A stretch of 64,000 nt of DNA from Planctomycetota bacterium (GCA_965223545.1 OZ245006.1:4384001-4448000); one strand, 5' to 3'; counted from the first letter of the stretch, positions 20,136 through 33,740 are shown. A program made the numbers and translations. Notes: generated by a model not told the origin, from the letters alone.

Positions 20136-21862
20136 TCGAGGCCCTGGTGCACGCCTTCGCCCCGGCGAGCCAACGGCTGGTCGCCGGTGCGGCTCCGCCG
20201 GCGGTGCTCGGCCGGCAGCTGCCCCGGTTGGCGGTTCAGGCCCTCAATGCGGACGGGGACCGCGGTCTGCGCTTCTTTCCTCTGATCGGCCAGCGCGAGG
20301 GCGAGCGGCGATTCGTCGAGCTGGACGGGCTACTGCCGGTCGAGCAGCTGCTCGCGTTGCACGGCGATCAAGTTGCTCCGCGCTTCGTCGTCGACGGATG
20401 TGTCGAGGACGCAAGTTTGCGGCTGCGCATCGTGCGGGTCGAAGGCCAGCGCGTCGTCTTCAACGAGCAAGTGCCCCTCGACCACGCCGCGCCGCTGCCG
20501 GCTCTGTCGCGGCTGTTGTTCGAGCTGATGTCGGTGCTGGGTTGGCAGGGTGCTCCACCGGTGCCGACCCGGCTGCAGGATGGCGTGCTCGCCTGGTTTC
20601 TCTGCGCGCGCGACCATCTGCTCTGCGTCGAGGCCGGGGTGCCGGTGGAGGATCCTTCGGCCTTGCTGATCGCCGGCGAGCGCCTGGTGGAGCGCGCCCC
20701 CGACGACCCCGACGTGCAGCGGCTGCTCTTGGACCTCGGTGGCCGGCTGTTGGCGGACGAGCAGGCCGCGACGCGCGTCGAGCAGATGTTCGGAGCGCTC
20801 GCCGAAGGCATGCTCCGCCGGGCCGCGCCCGAGGCCGCTCGGTCCGGCGGCGCAGTGCTGCAGCAGGCGGCCGCCCTGCTGACCGGGCACGGCCGCGAGC
20901 AGGCCGCCGATGGCCTGTTGCGTAAGGCGGTCGAGATCGAGCCGGGCCACGCCGAGATCGCCTGCCGGGTCGCCCGCCGCGAGCTGATGGAGGGACGGCC
21001 GGAAGACGCCCGGCGGGTGCTGGAGACGGCGCTGAACGAGGGCGGCCGCGATCCGCTCGCCCTCGCCCAGCTGTCGGTGGTGTGCGAACGGTTGGGCGAC
21101 ACGGACGCGCGCCGCCGCTGCGTCGAGGAGCTGCTGCAGCGGCCGACCGACAACGTCATCGTCACCCGCATCGCGGTCGCCTACTTGCTCGACACCGACC
21201 AGCTGACGCGGGCGTTGCAGGTGATCGATGCGGTGCTGGCCAGTCAGCCCGAGCACGCCGGTCTGTGGCTGGACCGAGGTCGGGTTCTGTTGTTGCAAGA
21301 AGAGCCCGAAGCCGCGCGCGAGGCTCTGCAGCGGGGTCTCGACCATGCCTCCGATGCGAACACGCGCCGCGATCTCGAACGCCACTTGGCGCTGGTGGCA
21401 TCCGACAACGCCCTGGCCACGGCGCACCGCGTCGACCGCGCCCTGCGCGACGGCGACGCGGAGGGCGCGCTGCAGCTGGCACGCGCTCTGGTGCGGCGCT
21501 CGCCGCAGCTCGCCGACGGCTGGCTGCTGATCGGCATCGCCCGGCAGCGGCTCGACCAACCGCGCCGCGCGGAGCGCGCGCTGCGCAAGGCGCTGTACAT
21601 CGACCCCGACATGGGCGAGGTCCGCAATCGGTTGGGGATCCTGCTGGTCGCGCGGCGGCGCTATGCGGAGGGCTTCGAACACCTGCGGCGCGCGGTCGGC
21701 CTGTTGCCCAACGAAGCGTCGGTGTGGCTGCATTACGCGCAGGCGTGCCACTTCGTCGGCCGCGAAGACGAGGGGCGCGACGCGCTCGCCCGCGCGGTCC
21801 AGTGCGGTGCCGAGCACGGCGCCGTGGCGGCGGTGCGCGACGCGTTCTTCCCCGGTTCCTGA
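20132..21862 (+). CDS. Tetratricopeptide repeat protein
   Basis: Multiple TPR-like helical repeats; GTGA overlap with the upstream gene. Confidence 0.85.
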   Translation: MIEALVHAFAPASQRLVAGAAPPAVLGRQLPRLAVQALNADGDRGLRFFPLIGQREGERRFVELDGLLPVEQLLALHGDQVAPRFVVDGCVEDASLRLRIVRVEGQRVVFNEQVPLDHAAPLPALSRLLFELMSVLGWQGAPPVPTRLQDGVLAWFLCARDHLLCVEAGVPVEDPSALLIAGERLVERAPDDPDVQRLLLDLGGRLLADEQAATRVEQMFGALAEGMLRRAAPEAARSGGAVLQQAAALLTGHGREQAADGLLRKAVEIEPGHAEIACRVARRELMEGRPEDARRVLETALNEGGRDPLALAQLSVVCERLGDTDARRRCVEELLQRPTDNVIVTRIAVAYLLDTDQLTRALQVIDAVLASQPEHAGLWLDRGRVLLLQEEPEAAREALQRGLDHASDANTRRDLERHLALVASDNALATAHRVDRALRDGDAEGALQLARALVRRSPQLADGWLLIGIARQRLDQPRRAERALRKALYIDPDMGEVRNRLGILLVARRRYAEGFEHLRRAVGLLPNEASVWLHYAQACHFVGREDEGRDALARAVQCGAEHGAVAAVRDAFFPGS

Positions 21863-22053
21863 GGCCACGGCCGTCGCGGGCATCCGGTTTCGCAGATCGG
21901 GTCGATCCTGATCCCGGGGGGAGGGGAGCGAGGCTTGTCCGCGGACGAGTTTCCCAGGTACGCTGCCATCGCGATGTTGGCCGCAAAGGTTGCAACGCGA
22001 GTGTCCTGGGTTGATTCAACCCCGGTCGGTGCTCCGCCACGAGTGGCCCACGC

Positions 22054-22512
22054 GTGACGAGCGGCGGACCGAACCGCCGGTGGTGGTGGCTTCCCTTTGC
22101 CGGGCTCCTTGTCGCCCTTGCGTCGGACGGCTGTTGGCTGATCCTGTTCCCTGCGTTTGCCCTGTTTGCCTGCGCGCGAGCGGGTCTCACTCGTTGGCAA
22201 CGAGTCTTCGCGCTGCTGCTGGTCGCACTCGCGGCCGTGGTCCAGTGGGATCGTCGTTGGATCGGCGCGTGTGTCCGGGTGTGGGTGCACCAGGACGCCT
22301 ACCTCGCCGAGATCCGTCGCTTGAACGCGGCCCCAGACGCTCCGGGGACCGGGCTTGGCCCGCCTTGGATCAGCATCGAGTCGCCTCGCCGGGCGCGCGT
22401 GACGTGGCTTGCTGCACGTGGCGACGAGATCGGTGTGTACTACGACCTCGATCGCAAGCCCGAACTGGGCACATGGCACCTGTTCGGTCCCTGGTTCTTC
22501 TATGCGCACTGA
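22054..22512 (+). CDS. Hypothetical membrane protein
   Basis: Two to three hydrophobic segments followed by a Trp/Tyr-rich soluble tail; fills an intergenic gap. Confidence 0.6.
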   Translation: MTSGGPNRRWWWLPFAGLLVALASDGCWLILFPAFALFACARAGLTRWQRVFALLLVALAAVVQWDRRWIGACVRVWVHQDAYLAEIRRLNAAPDAPGTGLGPPWISIESPRRARVTWLAARGDEIGVYYDLDRKPELGTWHLFGPWFFYAH

Positions 22513-22544
22513 CGGCGCGGGCAGCCTGCGCTACGTTGGCGGCG

Positions 22545-23741
22545 ATGACCGCCGACGACCCGCTGCTCGACTGGCGTGACCGGTTTCCGATCCTCGAGTC
22601 GAGCACCTACTTGATCAACAACTCGCTCGGGCCGATGCCGCGCGCCGCACGCGACGCGATGGCGCGCTTCGCCGACTTGTGGGACCGCCGCGGCGTGCGT
22701 GCGTGGGCCGACGAGTGGTGGGAGAAGCAGTGGGAGTTCTCGCACCTGATCGAGGGCATCCTCGGTGTTGCGCCGGACACGGTGTCGATGCACCAGAACG
22801 TGGCGATGGCGAGTCAGTCGATCCTGTCATGCTTCTCGTTCGATGGGCCGCGCAACCGGATCGTCTACACCGATCTGAACTTCCCGTCGGTGATGTATCT
22901 GTACGAGGCGCAGCGCGACCGCGGCGCGGAGATCGTGCGCGTACCGAGCGACGACGGCATTCACGTCGACCAGCAGCGGCTGCTCGACGCCATCGACGAG
23001 CGCACCGCGTTGGTGCCGATCAGCCATGTGTTGTTTCGCAGCGCGTTCATCCAGGACGCCCGAGCGGTGGTGCGGCGCGCGCGCGAGGTCGGCGCCTTCG
23101 TCGTGCTCGACGTGTTCCAATCGGTCGGCACCGTACCACTGCAGCTGGCCGAGTGGGGCGTCCACGCTGCGGTGGGGGGCGCGTTGAAGTTCCTCTGCGG
23201 CGGACCCGGCAACTGCTTCCTCTACGTCGATCCGGACGAGCGCGCGCGCCTGCGACCGCGGTTCACCGGTTGGGCCGCGCACCGTGATCCGTTTGCCTTC
23301 TCGGCATCCGGTCAGGACTACCGCGACGATGGGGCTCGGTTCCTCAACGGCACACCCAACGTCCCGGCGCTGTACTCCGGGATCGAAGGCGTGCGCACGA
23401 TCGCCGAGGTCGGCGTGGACGCGATCCGCGAGAAGAGCGTGCGGCAGACGGCGCTGCTGATGCGGCGCGCCGAGGCGCACGGCTTCGAGACGACCGCGCC
23501 GAGTGAGCCGGCAGTGCGCGGCGGCACGGTCGCCGTCGACGTGCCGCACGGCTACGCGGTGTGCCAGGCGTTGCTGGCCGAGGACATCGTCGTCGACTAC
23601 CGGCCCAAGGCGGGGATCCGGATCGCGCCGCACTTCTTCACCCGCGACGAGGAGTGCGTGGCGGCGCTCGACCGCATGGCCGAGATCGTCGAGCAGCGCG
23701 AGTACGAGGCGTTCGAACAGCAAGCGAGGCGCCCCGGATGA
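22545..23741 (+). CDS. kynU: Kynureninase (class V PLP enzyme)
   Basis: YLINNSLGPMP, NFPSV, DVFQSVG, GGALKFLCGGPG (PLP Lys), GWAAH; adjacent to kynB. Confidence 0.85.
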   Translation: MTADDPLLDWRDRFPILESSTYLINNSLGPMPRAARDAMARFADLWDRRGVRAWADEWWEKQWEFSHLIEGILGVAPDTVSMHQNVAMASQSILSCFSFDGPRNRIVYTDLNFPSVMYLYEAQRDRGAEIVRVPSDDGIHVDQQRLLDAIDERTALVPISHVLFRSAFIQDARAVVRRAREVGAFVVLDVFQSVGTVPLQLAEWGVHAAVGGALKFLCGGPGNCFLYVDPDERARLRPRFTGWAAHRDPFAFSASGQDYRDDGARFLNGTPNVPALYSGIEGVRTIAEVGVDAIREKSVRQTALLMRRAEAHGFETTAPSEPAVRGGTVAVDVPHGYAVCQALLAEDIVVDYRPKAGIRIAPHFFTRDEECVAALDRMAEIVEQREYEAFEQQARRPG

Positions 23742-24370
23742 CGCGCGTCTACGACATCTCGGAGCCGATCTCGCCGGCGACGGCCGTGTTTCCGGGCGAC
23801 ACACCGTTCTCGCAAGCCTGGGTGATGCGCATGGAGGAGGGCGCTTCGTGCAACGTCTCGACCATGACGATGTCGGTGCACTGCGGAACGCACACGGATG
23901 CGCCGTTGCACTTCGACGTCGATGGGCGCGACATGGCGTCGGTCGCGCTCGATCCATACATCGGTCCATGCCGGGTCGTCGAGGTCACCGGCCGTGGTGC
24001 GCCGGCGCTGGTCGCGGCCGAGGAGCTGGCGGCGGCCATCGACGGAGCCACGCGAGTTCTGTTGCGCACCGCAGCGCGGCACGACGCCGAGCGATTCGAT
24101 CCGGACTTCACTGCACTCGGTCCGGACGCGGCCGCGGTCCTGGTCTCGGCCGGCGTGCGACTGGTCGGCATCGACACGCCGAGCATCGACCACGCCGCCT
24201 CGCAGGATCTGGCGGGGCACCAGGTGCTCTACCGCGGGGGTGTCGCGATCCTCGAGAACATCGACCTGACGGCAGTGCCGACCGGCGAGTACGAGCTGAT
24301 CGCGCTGCCGTTGCGCCTGGTCGGCTCCGACTCGTCGCCGGTGCGCGCAATCCTGCGGGAGCGGTCATGA
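23738..24370 (+). CDS. kynB: Kynurenine formamidase (cyclase family)
   Basis: DISEP...FPGD, HCGTHTDAPLH, GIDTPSID, ILEN, SPVRA; ATGA overlap with kynU. Confidence 0.9.
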   Translation: MTRVYDISEPISPATAVFPGDTPFSQAWVMRMEEGASCNVSTMTMSVHCGTHTDAPLHFDVDGRDMASVALDPYIGPCRVVEVTGRGAPALVAAEELAAAIDGATRVLLRTAARHDAERFDPDFTALGPDAAAVLVSAGVRLVGIDTPSIDHAASQDLAGHQVLYRGGVAILENIDLTAVPTGEYELIALPLRLVGSDSSPVRAILRERS

Positions 24371-24771
24371 GCAAGCGCCCTGTCAACCCGCCTGAGCTGG
24401 CGCCCCCGGTCGGCTTCGCGCACGGCTGGCTGGTCGAGAGCGGGGCCCAGCGCACGCTCTACCTGGCGGGCCAATGCGGCCACGACGCGGCTGGCGTCAT
24501 CGTCGAGCCCGGCGATCTGGTCGCTCAGCTGGACCGGGCGATGGCCAACATCGGCTGCGTACTGCGCGACGCCGAGATGGAGTTCGCCGACGTCGTCCAG
24601 CTCAACTTCTACGTGCGCAGTCGGGACGACTACGACACCGCGCGGCGCGCGTTCGGGGCGGTGTGGAAGCGCCACTGCGGGCGGCACTACCCGGCGATGG
24701 CGATGTTCGAAGTCGTCTCGCTCTTCGACCCGCGCGCGCTGATCGAGATCCAGGGCATCGCGGCGCGTTGA
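24367..24771 (+). CDS. RidA/YjgF family protein
   Basis: GFAHG, LYLAGQ, YPAM, LIEIQGIA; ATGA overlap with kynB. Confidence 0.9.
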   Translation: MSKRPVNPPELAPPVGFAHGWLVESGAQRTLYLAGQCGHDAAGVIVEPGDLVAQLDRAMANIGCVLRDAEMEFADVVQLNFYVRSRDDYDTARRAFGAVWKRHCGRHYPAMAMFEVVSLFDPRALIEIQGIAAR

Positions 24772-24942
24772 CGGCGTGTGGCGATCAAGGTCGGCCACGC
24801 TGTTCGGCGCGATCCCGTTTGGCGTTCAGCTGACCTTCGTGGAGTTGGTCTCGCTCTAGATGCTGCTCAGCGACCGTCGCGAGAACCAGATACGTACACC
24901 TCTCCACAGCCCTGACGACCTATGCGTTGTCAGAGTGTTGAC

Positions 24943-25287
24943 TCAAGAGGAGGACCGACGAGACCCCTGTTCCCCAATCAGTCTTTGGTCTACTTCCGCG
25001 GCGCATTCGGGTGCAAGACTCTCCGGTATCGGAGGGCGTCTGATGGCGAAGTACGGGATCGGGCTGGAGGCGAAGGACAGGACGACCTGGCGGCCAAGCT
25101 CGAGGCGCTCATCCTCGTCCTTGGCCGCGTCGAAGTACATGCAGTCGAAGAGCCAGATCTGGGGCCGAGACGGCAAGACCGCGGCTGGCGACTTGTGGAA
25201 GGTCACGATCAAGTGGCTCTCGAAGCTCCTTACTGGCAGCTGACACAGAAGCGACGAAAGGCCAAGAGCGTTGATTGCCCAACGCAC
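24943..25287 (-). CDS. Hypothetical protein or gene fragment in a lower-GC patch
   Basis: The central part has gene-like codon usage on the minus strand; no recognisable motif. Confidence 0.25.
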   Translation of the reverse strand: MRWAINALGLSSLLCQLPVRSFESHLIVTFHKSPAAVLPSRPQIWLFDCMYFDAAKDEDERLELGRQVVLSFASSPIPYFAIRRPPIPESLAPECAAEVDQRLIGEQGSRRSSS

Positions 25288-25418
25288 GGCCAGACCAGCT
25301 TGATTTGCTCAAGCGCAGTTGTTGAGTCGGGCTCTTGTCGAAACGCCTGGGGGCAACGTCGAGCACGACAAACCAGGACCTTGGCTACGGAAGTCGTTGG
25401 GTGCTAGACTGTTGGGTG

Positions 25419-25670
25419 ATGGGCATCCAGATTGCCCCTGAACTTCAGCGTCAGCTCGAGAGCTTGGCTCGCGAGCAAGGGATGACTGTCGACGAACTGC
25501 TGCGAGACCTTCTGAAGCGTGTTCAGCACGGGGCCGTGAGGAATGGCGCACCAGGCAAGCAGACCTGCTACGAACTCGCCGCCGCTTCAGGTGTCATCGG
25601 AGTGGTTGGGAATGCGCCTTCAGACCTGAGCACGAACCCGGGACATTTCGACGGGTTCGGGCGTGACTGA
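25419..25670 (+). CDS. RHH/CopG-like antitoxin (VapB-type)
   Basis: IQIAPELQRQLESLAREQGMTVDELLRDLL (RHH-like) plus C-terminal DLSTNPGHFDGFG, a tail type seen in antitoxins preceding PIN toxins. Confidence 0.7.
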   Translation: MGIQIAPELQRQLESLAREQGMTVDELLRDLLKRVQHGAVRNGAPGKQTCYELAAASGVIGVVGNAPSDLSTNPGHFDGFGRD

Positions 25671-25821
25671 GACAGCCGCAGTCCAGCGGCAGTTGAAGGC
25701 TGTTGCAGAGGCCACGTGGCTGCGAGCTGCGAACCTCGACTCCGACGCGCCAATTCTCGACCGCCGCGACTTCGCCATCTACCGCACTACCGATGACCGC
25801 GCGCTGACTGTCGTGCCGTAG
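25663..25821 (+). pseudogene. Truncated PIN/VapC toxin remnant
   Basis: 52-aa ORF from GTG overlapping the antitoxin end; ends ILDRRDFAIYRTTDDRALTVVP (PIN C-terminal xLDxxDFxxYR motif); lacks the PIN N-terminal core. Confidence 0.6.
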
Positions 25822-25843
25822 ACTCGGTCGTCGCGCGCCCCCG

Positions 25844-27496
25844 TCAGGAGGCGAGCACGCGCACCGGCGCGCCGGCAGCCCCCAGCAAGTTCACACCACT
25901 GGTCGAGATGTGTACCAGTCGGTTGGCGTTGAGCAGAACGCCGCTCGCTCCGACGGAGAACTCGCGGGCGCCGACCACGGGCACCGGTACCAAGATTCCT
26001 CCGGGCAGCTCGAACACCAGCGCTCCGGCGCCGGCCGGCAGCGCCGCGAGGGACGCCAGGAACACGGCCAGCCCGGAGGCATCGCGGGCGTCGCGGCTGA
26101 TGTGGATGCCGGCGGGGCCGACGAGCTGTGGCGTGAGCGAGAGATCGGCGAACTCGTCGCCGCCGACCCCGGGGATCAGCAGGCGAGGAGCGCTGCCGAA
26201 GCCGAGGCGGGCCGGGGCGCGGAGATCGGGGTCCAGCACGCCGCCGGCGGCGGTGATGGGATCGACCCAGCGCAGCTCGGTGCGGGTGCCGACCGCTTGC
26301 TCGAACACCGTCAAGTTGCTGCGCAGCGTGTAGCCGCGGTCGGGTGCGAGCGTGCCGGCGCCGAACGGCGGCTGTGCGCCGGCGGTGCCGGTCAGGTTGG
26401 TGACGCTCGCCGTCCCGGTCTTCGCCGTGTACAGGTCGAAGGCGCTGGGATCGCCGACGCCGAGCACCAGCGTGTCCTCGAACGCATCCGCCATGAACGA
26501 CGGAAAGATGGAGATGTCGATGTACGGCTCGAAGTTGGCGTCCGAGGTGACGTGCGTCGGCGTCGTTGCCGCGGTCGTGTCCAGCAAGTAGTGCTCTTCC
26601 CGCACGGTCGAGTCGACGTAGAACAGTCGCGTGCCGTCCTGGTTGAGCAGCAGGTGGGGTCCGTTGGGCTCACCGGGCAGGTAGCCGGGATCGTCATAAT
26701 CGGCGGCTGGCGGCGGCAGGACCGCCGCGGCACCGCTCGATCCGAGCAAGTAAAGCCGGACCGACTTGCGCGGGCCGAACAGGAAGACGACGGACTTGCC
26801 GTCACCGGCCATCGCCATCTCGTCCTCGACGGTCGAGCCCACGGTCCCCGAAGGGGTGAGGTTGCTCGGGGTGCTGCCGTCGGTCAGCGCCGTGCGCCAG
26901 ATGCGGCCGTTGTCGGTGACGCAAAACAGGTGGGTGGCCCCGACGCACACTCCGGTGGGCTCGACCGGCGCTGGGAACGAGATCTCGCGGACCGGGGTTC
27001 CGGTCGACGCCCAGTTCTGGCCGTCCAAACGGGCGACGAACAGGCGGCCCGTGCGCGTCACGAACGCCGCGTGCAGGCCGTCGTAGGCGACGCCGATGGC
27101 GTTGGCGAAGGGGTTGTTTCCGCTCACCCCGGGCAGCTCCAGCAACTGCTGCGGATTGCCATTGCCGTCGACCCATACGTAGCCATACCAGCGGTCACTG
27201 TCCCGCGAGTAGTGGAACACCCGGCCGCCGGCCGGAAGCTCGATTCGCACCACCCCGTTGCGGGAGATGCGCCGCGGCCAGTCGTTCCGCACTTCGTGCT
27301 GGTGGGTGCGCAGCATCAGCTCGGGGGCTCTCAACCGGAGACCGCGCAGATGTTCGGTCGGCGCCGCGCTCGGGTTGGCGGCGTCCACGCTGAGCAGGCT
27401 GAGAGCGTTGGCCGCGCCCTCGAAATAGGAGAGGCTCGACTGCGCCGGCATCACCGTCGGCAGGAGTCCGAGAGCAACAAGGGCGGAGATTCTCAT
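25844..27496 (-). CDS. Secreted hypothetical protein, probable beta-propeller
   Basis: Signal peptide MRISALVALGLLPTVMPAQ; xxDGxxxxF blade-like repeats (YDGLHAAF, GDGKSVVF, QDGTRLFY). Confidence 0.8.
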   Translation of the reverse strand: MRISALVALGLLPTVMPAQSSLSYFEGAANALSLLSVDAANPSAAPTEHLRGLRLRAPELMLRTHQHEVRNDWPRRISRNGVVRIELPAGGRVFHYSRDSDRWYGYVWVDGNGNPQQLLELPGVSGNNPFANAIGVAYDGLHAAFVTRTGRLFVARLDGQNWASTGTPVREISFPAPVEPTGVCVGATHLFCVTDNGRIWRTALTDGSTPSNLTPSGTVGSTVEDEMAMAGDGKSVVFLFGPRKSVRLYLLGSSGAAAVLPPPAADYDDPGYLPGEPNGPHLLLNQDGTRLFYVDSTVREEHYLLDTTAATTPTHVTSDANFEPYIDISIFPSFMADAFEDTLVLGVGDPSAFDLYTAKTGTASVTNLTGTAGAQPPFGAGTLAPDRGYTLRSNLTVFEQAVGTRTELRWVDPITAAGGVLDPDLRAPARLGFGSAPRLLIPGVGGDEFADLSLTPQLVGPAGIHISRDARDASGLAVFLASLAALPAGAGALVFELPGGILVPVPVVGAREFSVGASGVLLNANRLVHISTSGVNLLGAAGAPVRVLAS

Positions 27497-27515
27497 GGGT
27501 GTCGCGCACCAGCGA

Positions 27516-27532
27516 AACAAATGACGTGCCGG
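27516..27532 (-). promoter_or_regulatory. sigma54-type promoter for 25844..27496
   Basis: Minus strand CCGGCACGTCATTTGTT (GGCACG-N4-TTGT; GT instead of GC at -12). Confidence 0.55.
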
Positions 27533-27550
27533 TGCGAAGAGGTTGGACCC

Positions 27551-27589
27551 TGTCCGGGGTCCGGGCGGCCCGCGTCCCGGTCTCGGACA
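27551..27589. promoter_or_regulatory. Two TGTCCG-N5-CGGACA-like sites (putative bEBP UAS)
   Basis: TGTCCGgggtcCGGGCG (27551-27567) and CGTCCCggtctCGGACA (27573-27589), 22-bp period. Confidence 0.6.
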
Positions 27590-27680
27590 GTGTCGTGGCC
27601 ATGACGTATTGTTTCCCACCCGGCGAGCGTCGTGTAGGGCATGCGGGCCCCATCTCCCAAGATGCGCTCCGTCGACGTCC

Positions 27681-31559
<3,879 letters not shown>

Positions 31560-31578
31560 GGCCGCCGCGTGCTCAGCC

Positions 31579-32187
31579 TCAGCTGGCGCGCACGTCCTTG
31601 CAGTCGGGGTTGGTGATCGTCAGCGTGCCGGCGTTGTCGAGCAGCACGGCCTGGCTGGTGATCTCGGTGCCGACGAGGGCGGGCAGCGTCGGCATCTGCA
31701 GGTCGAAGCGCCATTGGCCGTTGGCGGCGATGACCCCCTGGTTGATCAGCACGTTGGGCGTGCCGATGACCCAGGTGCCGGCCGCGCCGAAGGGGATGTA
31801 GCCGGCCGAGGCCCGCAGGGAGCCGTAGATCACCGAGAAGGAGCCGGGGGTGCCGAACACTTCCCAGGTCTCGCGGCGGCCGAAGCGGAGGTTGCCCATC
31901 TGGAACATCTCGGGGATCTGCGTCGCCGAGACCACGTCGAGCACCGTCGTCGCGCCGACGCTGACCAGCCGGACCTGCATGGCGTACTCGAAGTTCTGCT
32001 GCTGCGAAGCGGTGTGCAGTGCCGCGAGGCTGACCGTGTTGCTGATCAGCTCGACGCTGTCGGTGCAGTCGAGGAAGAAGCGGTTGGTGCCCCGCTGCTG
32101 ATCGATGTCGCCGCGCACCAACTGGGTTTGCGCGGCGAGCGGAGACAGGCAGAGGGCGGTGACGAGAAGGATCTTGGAGCAGTGCAT
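31579..32187 (-). CDS. Small secreted protein consisting largely of the shared C-terminal module
   Basis: Signal peptide ...LAAQ; C-terminus NGQWRFDLQMPTLPALVGTEITSQAV...ITNP. Confidence 0.85.
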   Translation of the reverse strand: MHCSKILLVTALCLSPLAAQTQLVRGDIDQQRGTNRFFLDCTDSVELISNTVSLAALHTASQQQNFEYAMQVRLVSVGATTVLDVVSATQIPEMFQMGNLRFGRRETWEVFGTPGSFSVIYGSLRASAGYIPFGAAGTWVIGTPNVLINQGVIAANGQWRFDLQMPTLPALVGTEITSQAVLLDNAGTLTITNPDCKDVRAS

Positions 32188-32277
32188 TGCAGTTCGTTGG
32201 TAAGGGCGGTGTCGAGAATCAAAAAACGCCGGCGTGGGCGCCGTCTTGCGTCCTTGCCGCGGTCGGAGGAGCTCATT

Positions 32278-32294
32278 CTCAATCGCCGTGCCAA
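32278..32294 (-). promoter_or_regulatory. sigma54-type promoter for 31579..32187
   Basis: Minus strand TTGGCACGGCGATTGAG (TGGCACG-N4-TTGA). Confidence 0.65.
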
Positions 32295-32314
32295 ACCGCC
32301 GGTCCGCGGCGTCC

Positions 32315-32353
32315 CGTCCGCGCTACCGACAACGGGTGTCTGGAGTCCGGACG
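32315..32353. promoter_or_regulatory. Two TGTCCG-N5-CGGACA-like sites (putative bEBP UAS)
   Basis: CGTCCGcgctaCCGACA (32315-32331) and TGTCTGgagtcCGGACG (32337-32353), 22-bp period. Confidence 0.6.
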
Positions 32354-32366
32354 GTGGTGCCGGGTG

Positions 32367-33650
32367 TCAGTGGGCGCGGGCGCGCGCAGCGCGATGCAAC
32401 CACGCCGTCTGGCACAGGCCGGCCACGGTGAGCGCGCACAGCGTCGCCGGCAGGCCCGGCCACGCACCGGCTCCTACCGCGAGCTGGAGCAACAGTGCGG
32501 CAGTGCCGACGTAGACCAGCACGGCGCCGGTCACCGGTCTGGTGACGTGTGCCTGCACCAACACGCCCTGGTAGTAGTTGATCCAAACCGCGTAGGCCGG
32601 CATCAGCACCCCGAAGCCGACGCCGAACGTCGCCATCTGCAAGACGTCGCCGCGCAGACCCGAGACGGTGCCGAACCAGACCTGGGCGAGCGGTGTGGAC
32701 CAGATCAGCAACAGCGCGCCGCTGGTCGACCATGCCAGCCAATGCGCGAAGCGGCGCAGCGCGCGCGCCCCGTCGGCGGTCGACGAAAGGCGGACGGCGA
32801 CCTCCTGGTAGGCGAAGCCGAACGAGCGCAGCATGAAGATCAAGCCGTAGACGGCGCCCCACGCGGCCAGCGACGGCATGGCGCTCGGCATGCGGTTCAT
32901 CGCCGCCGCGCCGATCGGCTGGAGCGCGAGGGTGAGGAGCGGCGTGATCGCCAGCGGCACGTAGAACCGGCGGAAGCGGCGCCAGGTGAGCGGGGTTGCG
33001 GTGGGGTCGTGCTCGGGCAGGGCGGCGCGGGCTTCGCGCACGGCCCAGGCCGCGTACAGGGCATCGGCGGTGACGCCGGCGGCGATCGCGGCGGCGCCGA
33101 CCGCCGCGCCGCAGTAGCCGCCGTGCAGATAGCCGGCTGTCAGCACGATCGCGTTGGCGCTCAGGCGCAGGCCCGTGCCGATTCCGATGTGGTGCGACCG
33201 CTCGTGGCGAATCAGCAGTCCGTGCTGGAACCGCCGGTAGGCGATCATGCTGGTCCACGGGGTCAGCAGCTGCAGACCGATGCGGCCGGGCTCGATGGTG
33301 TCCGGCGGTGCGCGCATCCAGTCGGCGGCGATCACGTCGTACAGCGGCGTGAACGCGCAAGCGGCGTGCACCGCCGTGAGCACCGCGATGGCGATCCACA
33401 CCGCGCGCGACAGCCACGAGTAGCTGCGACGATCGACGGCGAGGGCGGTCGACGCCGCCAGCAGCATGATGATCGGTCCCTCGATCAGCAGCGCGATCGG
33501 ATAGATGATCGAGGCGATCGCGGCCAGCTGAGCGTCGGGATCCGGCAGCCGAGACACGACGCCGACCACGAGCGGCATCTCCGCCCCCATCAGCAGCCAG
33601 CTGGCCGCCAGCGGCCACCACAGCTCGAGGATCCTGCGCTGCGTGATCAA
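32367..33650 (-). CDS. MOP/MATE superfamily membrane transporter (possibly ANKH-like)
   Basis: About 12 TM segments in two repeats (WWPLAASWLL...SRLP and YVPLAITPLL...NRMP). Confidence 0.75.
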   Translation of the reverse strand: MITQRRILELWWPLAASWLLMGAEMPLVVGVVSRLPDPDAQLAAIASIIYPIALLIEGPIIMLLAASTALAVDRRSYSWLSRAVWIAIAVLTAVHAACAFTPLYDVIAADWMRAPPDTIEPGRIGLQLLTPWTSMIAYRRFQHGLLIRHERSHHIGIGTGLRLSANAIVLTAGYLHGGYCGAAVGAAAIAAGVTADALYAAWAVREARAALPEHDPTATPLTWRRFRRFYVPLAITPLLTLALQPIGAAAMNRMPSAMPSLAAWGAVYGLIFMLRSFGFAYQEVAVRLSSTADGARALRRFAHWLAWSTSGALLLIWSTPLAQVWFGTVSGLRGDVLQMATFGVGFGVLMPAYAVWINYYQGVLVQAHVTRPVTGAVLVYVGTAALLLQLAVGAGAWPGLPATLCALTVAGLCQTAWLHRAARARAH

Positions 33651-33740
33651 GCGGGGATCTTGCCCGTGACCCGGCGTGGCGACAACGGCAGCGGACCCGC
33701 GCGCGCGGTTTTATGAGCCGCTGCGGTGGCAGGGCGTGGC

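Noticed and set aside
24860..25407. Plus-strand ORFs 24860..25243 and 24922..25407
   Set aside because: No motifs, and codon usage favours the minus strand if anything is coding here.
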